Assembly (NCBI RefSeq): GCF_032191835.1
Contig: NC_083223.1
Location: 70,804,001 to 70,868,000 of the forward strand
DNA from: Heteronotia binoei
Taxonomy: Eukaryota
Reading direction: 5' to 3'
DNA: 64,000 nt
Positions within the stretch are counted from its first letter, which is position 1. Each line of letters opens with the position of its first letter. Below, piece by piece: positions 25,186-33,827 of this stretch. The notes under the pieces were generated by a model. It searched no databases. It was given only the letters and a program-made list of their open reading frames with translations, and was not told the origin of the DNA. The translations under genes were made by a program, and so were the position numbers.

Positions 25186-25652
25186 ATGCTTTCTGCGGCA
25201 AAATGCCCCATTATCTACCAGACTTAACCATTTCAAGTCATCGCAGGGCATTTATGTTGGCTAGACTAAATGCATTTCCCTCCAAAGTTTTACAAGGGAG
25301 ATATCATCGAGTCCCTTTAGGCTCTGTTCCTGTGGAGCGAATATTCCCAACTCAATTCAGCATATATTGCTTGATTGCTCCTTTTATCATAATCTCCATA
25401 AAGATTTATTTTGTAAGCTTTCTTTCTCCCCAGATTTGTCTATTCTGCCACCCTGTTATTATTTATTGAATGATACTGAGGGGGAGGTTAGCGAGGCTGT
25501 GGCAAAATTTTTGGCTGACATCCTTAAATTTAAATCTGACCATGTATGAATGCATCCGTAAGCTCGGTTTCATTTTGATTTTATCTCCAATGTTTAAATT
25601 TTTATATTCTGTGTATTTTTATTTGCAACTGTTATGCCATTAAAGGTTATTA
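25186..25652 (+). mobile_element. 5'-truncated LINE 3' end (clade uncertain)
   Basis: YLPDLTISSHRRAFMLARLN..GRY and LLDCSFY..VAKFL C-terminal motifs; approximate TSD AATCATACCAT/AATTATACCAT. Confidence 0.65.
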
Positions 25653-26136
25653 AATTATACCATTATTAAAAAAAAACCAGTCGAAGCATGAAAGGCAAGA
25701 GTGGAGGAAGAACATAAACAAGTTTTTTTTTTCAAAAAGGTATCACAGAAACCAATTTAGCTCTGATACTTTGCACAAGGAGACACAACACCCAATTAGA
25801 TTTGCATTTCTTATAAATTCCAAATTCCATAACTAACTTTGAAGTCATTTGTAGTTCATGCCCATATCAAGTCACGCCTTCATCACTTTGAGTAATGCTT
25901 TGTTCTGCAGTTCAGCAGGTTTTCTGCATGCATTCAAGTAATTGCAATGGGATCACAATTAACATTTTTATAAATGCAATAACAGCCCCATCATTATTCC
26001 ATTAAATGACTAAGTGTTGACTGCAAGTTTAAAACACAACACAAAGCAGAACAGAAATTACCGAATAAATCCAAGAACAGAAGATAATTTGGGGGGGAAA
26101 TTATATTAGCAGCAGCAGGGGATGATCAATACATAC

Positions 26137-26313
26137 CTTAAATGTCCCATTTTGATTCTTCACATAAGAAACTAGAAAAATATCCACTGGTAAGAGTGCT
26201 GATGTAATAAGTGCAATTGCCAAGGCAAAAATAGAGGTAATGGTAGAAATCACTTCACTTTCCCGTCTACTCTGGTATTTGCGAACATAAACCCAGCAGA
26301 AAGCCAGAATAAC
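26137..26313 (-). CDS. LMBRD1: LMBRD1 exon 2 (177 bp; VILAFCWVYVRKYQSRRESEVISTITSIFALAIALITSALLPVDIFLVSYVKNQNGTFK)
   Basis: TTGTTTTAG acceptor and AAG|GTATGT donor; near-identical to the recalled human LMBD1 residues 24-82. Confidence 0.97.
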
Positions 26314-27021
26314 CTAAAACAATACAAAAAAGTTACTGTAACCGAGTTCAAAGACGTCACAGTTTTGCTATGCTGAAATATGTACTCAGTCATGAAATGC
26401 TTCAGGTGTACCTAGCCAAGTCTGTATTTGGGCTCCATCAGTGAAGTGACAAGAGTAAGAACATTGCCTCTGAAATGACTGTAAGGATAAACCATTTGTA
26501 CAGAAAAAAATTAGAAATCAGGAGTCCTACTGTACACATATTTTGAGGGATGTTCCACTGGCATCAATGAAATTTTACTCCCACACATAATTACAGTCTT
26601 GAGAATAAGATCACATTCTCCTTAGCCATACTGTACTACTGCATTTTACAAATGGAATACTATCCAGGCCCTCAGTAAACAGAGGAAAGAGGGGAAGAAC
26701 TAGGACTCTGGCTTGGCTTCTCCATGCATGCCCTTGACCACTGTCGCCTCTGCAAAGGAGCCTACACTAGCTGTGACCATGCAAACAATATCTGTCAAGA
26801 CCTGAGCGGAAGTGCAGCATGATCCTATCAATGTGTATACCAACACCTGCAGTAAGCTCAACAGAGGGACAGATTTCCCATCTCTTTAATGTAAGCTGAA
26901 TGGCAAAGCTGAAATACGTACCTAAATCATGTCAACTGTTGCTTGAACCAAGAGACTATTTTTCTCAGATTAATTAAGGTAGAATAGGAGACACATATAG
27001 TATGTAAAAAAACTCAACACG

Positions 27022-27172
27022 GGCTGTGATCATACATGCCAAATAATGCACTTTCAATCCACTTTTAATGCACTTTCCAACTGGATGTTACTGTGTGAAC
27101 TGACAAAACCCAGTTTGAAAGTGAATTTAAAGTGGGTTGAAACTGCATTATTTAGCATGTGTGATTGCAGCC
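27022..27172. mobile_element. Palindromic Harbinger-like MITE
   Basis: GGCTGTGATCATACATGC / GCATGTGTGATTGCAGCC ends; 3-bp flanks ACG/ATG; related to 42739. Confidence 0.65.
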
Positions 27173-28235
27173 ATGGTAAAGCAAGTTGATCTATAAGACT
27201 TCCCCCTCTCCTCAACCTTGCACTCATTCATTGCTACAGTCCAGGCATGACATGCCCTAGATAAAATACAACACTATGATTTCATGCATGACTGAATGAC
27301 TTGGCTTGGGGAAGAAACCTGGTGGTTTTGAGGAATATTATATTCACGCAGTACTCTAAACACATGAGTGGGAAAGACAGAAATTGTTCCTGCTCCCAGG
27401 GATTTGTGGTACCTATTTCCACGGCAAACAAATGATTTGGCAGAATAGGACTGCAGGTGTGTGCTGAGGGCAGAATTATAATACTGCAGGCTGCCTGAAG
27501 CAAACCACGCCCTTTATGTGGTAAACAAGCATATCAGCCACAGGGTAGTAAGTCACAAAGGAGAGGTTTACCATACTGACCTCATATTTCATAACGAGTA
27601 ACACAGAGTTCAGTAGTCTCTTCTCTCCTACCGTTGCTATCCTCTGACTGAAAAGTGCAACAGGGCATAACCCTCTGCGGAATGCATCCTATACCCACTG
27701 CAAAGCGAGCAGCCGAAAAGGCAACCAAGTACTCTTCTGTTTTAAGGTGTCTTTAAAAAACAAAAGACAACCATGGTCCTGGGAAAACCGCTTCAGCCCA
27801 GTCTCTCTCCTGTCCCCAAATCCAACCCCTCTAAATTCAGCAGCACTTTCTACTGGAATGTATGTACGCTCGCGTGCGTGCGTTTTATAAACACATTTTG
27901 GAATTAGAGAAGCAAAATCCTACGTACCCTTACCAGGTAAGCCTACTGAACGCTGTATGACTTAGTCCCAAGTAAACAAGTACAAGAGTGGCCTCGCACG
28001 CGTGGGGATATATAAGTCTCGTTCCCCTCCTTTTAAAAACGAGGCTCCTTAAAAAGGAGGCACCCCGGGAGATTTACGTCCCTCCCCCCCGCAAGAACCC
28101 AAACTGGGGAAGCAACAGCGCCAGGGATGCGCAGAAAGCAGCGGAAGCGGAAATTAAGGGTGCGATTTGTAAAGTCCAGGCCGCAAAGCAGAAGAATAGA
28201 GAAAAGTCCCAATTATCTGCCCTCCGGTCTCCTAC

Positions 28236-28301
28236 CAGCAAAGCGATGCCGAACAGGCACCAGCCTGTGACTAGGTCAGACTCAGCAGTGAAGGCCACCA
28301 T
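28236..28301 (-). CDS. LMBRD1: LMBRD1 first coding exon, proximal copy 1a (MVAFTAESDLVTGWCLFGIALL)
   Basis: AAGATGG start, CTG|GTAGGA donor, 66 bp, phase 0; GWC.FG..LL matches LMBD1 TM1. Confidence 0.93.
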
Positions 28302-28560
28302 CTTAACTTCCGGCAACAAAGACAGCACAAAACGAAACGATGCTGCCGCCGAAGGGGAGGAGGAGCCAACTGGAGGCAGCGGGTCGACGGGAGAAAAAGG
28401 GCCAGCCTGAAAACCGTCACCAAGGAAACGGCTAAACAATATTCTACGCGCGAAGCTCCTAGGAGCGTTGCGATTGGCTGTTATTGCAGCATAGCCAGCC
28501 AATGAGCATCTCGTAGTGTTAGTTTGCTTAGCTGGGCTCTTTGCCGAGGGAATAAACGCA
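28302..28560 (-). promoter_or_regulatory. LMBRD1: TATA-less CpG-island promoter of exon 1a
   Basis: CpG-dense about 27850-28720; ETS CCGGAAGT (28306-28313) and YY1-like AAGATGG at the ATG; two CCAAT boxes (ATTGG 28473-28477, CCAAT 28499-28503). Confidence 0.75.
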
Positions 28561-29109
28561 GATTACAAAAGCTTTGTGCCACCGCTGGTTTCGGTTTAGT
28601 GAACTCCTTTAAAATAGCAATACTTGACATAAAGGGCAACAGGACGATCCTTTTCGCTTTTGGTGTCAGGAAGGAGGCTACAAAGTCTTGCTTTGGCTCT
28701 ATTCAAGATTAAAGTATCGTAGAAACCGAACATCATTCTTAGAAGCATTTGTTGGGGTTACTGTCACAACCCTTTACGTTAGTGAACGATGTCTAAATGG
28801 ATAGTTCTCCTTCCTTAAAGTGCGCTAATTAGACTAAAGGGATTAAAATTGCTTGTTGCTTCAATGGCAACGGCTTAACCCTGCGGAACTGCTCCGTTTA
28901 AAGATTTGCTCCACGCGCCCCAAAGTCTCCTCTTCGAGTTTAATAATGAATGACCGCCACCACACCCTAGTTTCATACCCAGCCCAGTGCACCCATAACC
29001 ACAGAGGATGGAAGACCGGGACCCAGTCATTTCTCAGAGTGGCAGGAAAAGAAACTGGCTAGAGAGCCAGCTGGCGGGAAGAGGAGAGTTAGTTGTTTCA
29101 GCCGCCTAC

Positions 29110-29175
29110 CAGCAAAGTAATACCAAAGAAGCACCAGCCAGTGATCGGGTCTGAGACAGCTGCTAACATCGTCAT
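29110..29175 (-). CDS. LMBRD1: LMBRD1 duplicated first coding exon, distal copy 1b (MTMLAAVSDPITGWCFFGITLL; optional 13-aa extension from ATG 29214)
   Basis: 66 bp, no indels or stops, CTG|GTAGGC donor, 13/22 aa and 45/66 nt identical to exon 1a. Confidence 0.8.
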
Positions 29176-29420
29176 AGCTTCCAGTTTCTGCGTTAACAGC
29201 TCCGCCGAAGCCATTTTTATAGATGAGACGGAGTATGATGGCGCATGTTCCCTTGCCTCTCAGCAATAAACATTGATTTCAGAGTCAGACTCAGCAGAGT
29301 GCTCACATGGCTGAATGGTTCTTCTAGCCAAAAAGAGCGCGTCAGAGAGAAACTATGCTAGCACTTCTCTCTCGCAGCATAGGCTAGGTTTGTACGTACA
29401 GGGCGCTTTTGATCTGGGAT
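29176..29420 (-). promoter_or_regulatory. LMBRD1: Candidate promoter of exon 1b
   Basis: Minus-strand TATAAAA at 29221-29215; YY1-like AAAATGGC; GCGCATG half-site near 29240; CTGGAAGC resembling the 1a ETS site; local CpG retention. Confidence 0.45.
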
Positions 29421-29890
29421 ATATCCCACCTGTGACCTACTGACCCTCATGGAATGCACCTGTCCTCCTTTAACAACGCCTAATTGTTTTTTTAAGCATG
29501 CTCAGTGAGTTCGGTAGAACCTGTTGTTTTCCTTTTACTCACTCTTCTCTAACTCCTATTTGTAGGCAAAGAAGGGTGGAAATTGAGATGAAGCTGGGAA
29601 TATACTAGGAGTACAATACCTTCAGGAAAACAAACTGGATTAGACAAGGAAGGTGGATGGTGTACATGACAGGATGTATTAAAATGGAATGATGGAATGC
29701 TTATTGGAAACTGTGGGTTATAATGGCAGCCAGGAATGCCAACTGACTTGCATGGGCTCCACTGGAATATACTATAGCACACTAAAGTTGCAGTGAAAAT
29801 GTGGGATGGATTTTGAAAAGCCTGTCCTGGGCCTAGAATGACAGACTCTGGGACCAGAATTAGTGCTCTGGGAGGACAATCCCCCCCCCC

Positions 29891-30023
29891 CAGGGGTCAT
29901 TTTGTAGGGAAAAACCTGCAGGAGCTCAGTAGCATATTCATTTGCATATACCCCAGGATCTGTGTATCAGACTGGAAGTTCAGGAGCTGGATTCTTGTGA
30001 GCTCCTGCTGATTTCAAGCCCTG
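29891..30023. mobile_element. hAT-like MITE
   Basis: CAGGGGTCATTTTGTAG left end (like 5480); right end TTCAAGCCCTG. Confidence 0.55.
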
Positions 30024-30221
30024 CAATCCCCAGGGAGAAATGACAGCTCTGGGAGTGGAATCAGAATTCTAGGGCAGCAACTAGCTATACGTCCCCTTCC
30101 TCTAATTCCAACTGACCACTGTTCGGAAGAGAGAACCCTCCTGACTACCGCCTCTCCAGAGAGAACACTTCCCCCTATCTAGCTTGGCCTTTCATTTCCT
30201 TCCTTCCAGGTCCCATTCCAG

Positions 30222-30495
30222 GAGAGCCAGTTTGGTGTAGTGATTAAGTGTGCAGACTCTTATCTGAGAGAACCAGGTGGGAGAACCCACTCCTCCATTT
30301 GCACCTGCTGGAATGGCCTTGGGTCAGCCATAGCTCTGGCAGAAGTTGTCCTTGAAAGGGCAGCTGCTGTGAGAGTCCTCTCAGCCCCCCCCCCCCACCT
30401 CACAGGGTGTTTGTTGTGGGGGAGGAAGATAAAGGAGATTGTGAGACACTCTGAGTGGAGGGTGGAATATAAATCCAATGTCATCGTCTTCTTCT
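30222..30495 (+). mobile_element. Squam3-like SINE
   Basis: GAGAGCCAGTTTGGTGTAGTG head; ATATAAATCCAATGTCATCGTCTTCTTC tail. Confidence 0.85.
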
Positions 30496-30649
30496 CTGGT
30501 CTCCACTGGGCAAGTTCAAAACTGCTGCCCACTCAATCAGGGAGATAGAAGGGATTGTGGGAAATGTACGCCCTGTAACTACTCTGATATAGGCTTCCCT
30601 GGAGCCTGTAGGCCTCATTAGGCCTAGGATCATGATACTCAGGCACAAT

Positions 30650-31292
30650 TAGGGTTGCCAAATCCAATCCCAGAAATATCTGGGGACTTTGGGGGTGGAG
30701 CCAGGAGACACTGGGGTGGAGCTAGGGGGAGGGGGGGAAACGGCGCCGGGGAGCATGGCGAGCCACCCCGTCTCAGAGCGGGCGACGCCGCTGCGCAGCT
30801 GCCGCCTCTTCTCCGCTCGCCGTGGCTGCTCCTCTGAGATGGGCTCAGGCTGAGCCCTTCTCGGAGGAGCAGCTGCAGTGGGGCGGGGGGGCGGCAGCAG
30901 CGCGGCGGCCTCGCCCGCTCTGCTCCGCCTCTGGGGTGAAATCGGAGGGGGGGTGCAGGCGGGCCGGGGGCGTGGCGAGCCACGAGTCCAGGTCCTAGAA
31001 GGGCCCGGATTCGCGGCTCGCCATGCTCCTGGCCTGTCTCCGCCCTCCCCTTCTCTGGTTTTGCCTGCGCTGCTGCTGCCTCTTGGCTGCTCCTCCAAGA
31101 TGGGCTCAGTCTAAGCCCATCTCGGAGGAGCAGCTGCGGTGGGTGGGGAGGGGGCGGCAGCGGCGCAGCGGCCTCACCCGCTCCAGGATAGGGCAGCTCG
31201 CCATGCTCCCCTGCTTCCGTTTTTTTGGGGAGCGGGGGAAGAGGGTGGAAATCCTGGGGTCCCCCGCCAGGGCAGGAGGGTTGGGAAGCCTA
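30650..31292 (+). mobile_element. Non-autonomous hAT element with GC-rich palindromic interior
   Basis: TAGGGTTGCC...GGGAAGCCTA ends; perfect 8-bp TSD GGCACAAT. Confidence 0.9.
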
Positions 31293-31569
31293 GGCACAAT
31301 ACGTTTTAGAATGATGGCGGTATTGTCCTATACAGAGTAATTCCAGCCTAAACCCACTGAAATGATGTACTTTTCTGTAGTAATTCTTCCTAGGGTTGCA
31401 CAGTAGATTTATCAAAGCAGGTAATTCAACAGATGCCTATTTTGTCACTGCTGTACAACAAACTGCACCTGTTGAAAATCCCTCATCCCACTTAACTATT
31501 TACAGTGCAGAAGCACTATTCTTCTTTGCATCTGGTCATTCTACCACATTTTCTTGCCATATATCCTGG

Positions 31570-32337
31570 TAGGCTTCCCAATCCCCAGGTCCTAGTGGGG
31601 GATCCCCTGTTTTTAAAGGCTTCTCCCTGCCCCCAGCCAGCTGGCCAGTGGGGGAAGCCCCACCCCCCACAATTACCATGTAGTTTTAGAGCTCCTGCAG
31701 GTCCGTTTTTAAAATATGTGCCTTTAAGGTTGAGCAAGAAGCAGGAAACAGGAAGGGCTTTGGAGAACGGCCCCTCCCTTTCTTTTGCTTTCAGTTTTCA
31801 GAGCAAGTAAAGTTCTGTAGGAACAAGACCCAGTATGTATTTGTGTGTGAGAGAGAGGGCGGGGGCAGGGGATTCCCTGGTTTGGAGGCCCTCCCCCGCT
31901 TTAGGAAGCGTGCTGGGGGGAGGGAAATGTCTACTGGGCACTCTATTATTTCCTATGGAGAACGTTTCCCATAGGGAATAATGGGGAATTGATCCGCGGG
32001 TATTGGGGGCTCTGGGGGGGGCAATGTTTTGAGGTAGAGGCACCAAATTTTTAGTTTAGCATCTAGTGCCTCTCCCCAAAATACCCCCCAAGTTTCAAAA
32101 CGATTGGACCAGGGGGTCCAATTCTATGAGCCCCAAAAGATGGTGCCCCTATTCTTCATTATTTCCTATGGAAGAAAGGCATTTAAAAAGGTGTGCTGTC
32201 CCTTTAAATGTGATGGCCAGAACTCCCTTGGAGTTCAATTATGCTTGTCACACCCTTGTTCTTGGCTCCACCCCAATGTCTCCTGGCTCCACCCCCAAAG
32301 TCTTCAGATATTTCTTGAATTGGACTTGGCAACCCTA
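31570..32337 (-). mobile_element. Non-autonomous hAT element, same family
   Basis: TAGGCTTCCC...GGCAACCCTA ends; TSD TATCCTGG/TATCCAGG. Confidence 0.9.
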
Positions 32338-32767
32338 TATCCAGGGGTAGAGAAGATACTAGGTTGAAAAACAATTCTGCTTTTTTATCTCCCCCAGCTG
32401 CATTTTCTGGGTGTTAGCTGAGGTGATATTACCTCATTTTGCTAGGCTATTTCAGAATAAATGAATACAGCATATAACTGATAGAGAAAAACCTTCAGCA
32501 ATATGTGAAGAGCAAAGAGGCTGTACTCAGGAAGCAATCCTTGCCATGAGATTATGGGTATTACAACTACACATACCCCCGTTTAAATCCAGGAAATTTT
32601 GGAAGGTACGCAATATGCAGCCTCTCTGTCCAGTTCCCTACCCCCTCATCAAAACTGACAGGCATTTTTAAATCAAGCTGGTGAAAAATTATTAACCAAG
32701 TTTCTGTTCAACACACACATACACGTATTGTAACTGGCTGGCGGGAGGAATGTGGAATGATATGGTA

Positions 32768-32925
32768 CAGCCTTATTTCATCAAATCTTGGAAGCTAAAT
32801 GGGGTGGTACTTGGATGGGAGATCAGTGGAAGACTATGCAGAGGAAAGCAATGGCAAACCACCCCTGTTCTATCACTTGCATTGAGCTGGGGTTTCCATA
32901 AATTAGCTGGGATTTGACAGCACAG
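32768..32925 (+). mobile_element. 5S-Sauria-like SINE
   Basis: ATCTTGGAAGCTAA...GTACTTGGATGGGAGA 5S-like head followed by the GGCAAACCACC body. Confidence 0.65.
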
Positions 32926-33337
32926 CACATATATAGCGTAATTAGGTGGTCTAGAGTAGAATTGTAGGATTCCATCTTGGGTATTCAAATAGGATGGTTT
33001 AATCCTTTCTGGTGGAGTTTTTCTTCATTTGGTTCTGGGAAAGGGAAATGGGTGCTAGTTTGAAGAGCCTTTCTGCCTTACAGTTAAGTGGTTGTGTATT
33101 TGTGTTCTGTTGTCAATAAAAAGTTGCTGTATGCCTTCCTGATTCTGTAGAACATTATCTTAAGAGGGCCCATCAGGGCTTAAGAGCATGAATCCCCTGC
33201 TTCTGGAACCCACAAACAAGGGGAAACCTTACACAAAACATACAACAGCTTATTCCTCATCTCTGAGAATCAAGTCCCATTTCCTACAACAGGAAAGGCC
33301 AGTGTTGTGTATGTGTGACTTTGTGTTTCATATGGGT

Positions 33338-33600
33338 TGTTAGTTCCTGCCTGGCTCATTGGAGCCTTTAGGACTGAGCTTGGGAACAATGGGAAGCAGA
33401 ATCCAAATCTCTGCTTCCCTGGTCCAATCAACAGACCCCTGCTGGTTCAAATGACCCAATGGCGTTCTAGTGTGAGAACTTTGGAGTGTATATAGTTGGC
33501 CCCGTTGGCCCAATTCAGTAGTCTTAGTTGCCATGCTGTAATCACAATAAAGAGCTTTGATTCACCACAACTAAGTCTCCTCATGCATTGAACCCATTAT
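33338..33600 (+). mobile_element. Possible solo LTR used as the L1 target (last bases TTAACA at 39841-39846)
   Basis: TGTTAG...TTAACA ends when the L1 is removed; TATATA near 33489 and AATAAA at 33546; no TSD found. Confidence 0.35.
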
Positions 33601-33827
33601 TTTTTTTTTTTGTTATTTATACTTTATTAAGTTTTCCATAAAGCATATCACGGACATTCATTCCGTCGAACGAACAAAGGCACTCATCCAACACCTTGTG
33701 CACCGCCACCACATATTCTCCTAATCTGAACTGCCTGAACTGATCAAGATAATTAGATGCCGGCGTGCCAGTTCCCCAGCTCAAGAGCCCCCGGGTGAAC
33801 AAGTCCCAGACTTCAAAATGCAGAGCT

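Noticed and set aside
27988-28410. 140-aa plus-strand ORF (possible head-to-head gene)
   Set aside because: Antisense shadow of a GC-rich promoter, with no recognisable domain and no downstream exons found.
28074-28502. 142-aa minus-strand ORF in the CpG island
   Set aside because: It is exon 1a plus 5'UTR and intron read-through; only the 22 codons before the donor match LMBD1.
30222-30290. tRNA-like box A/B sequences
   Set aside because: These are heads of Squam3/Squam2-like SINEs, with no complete cloverleaf.
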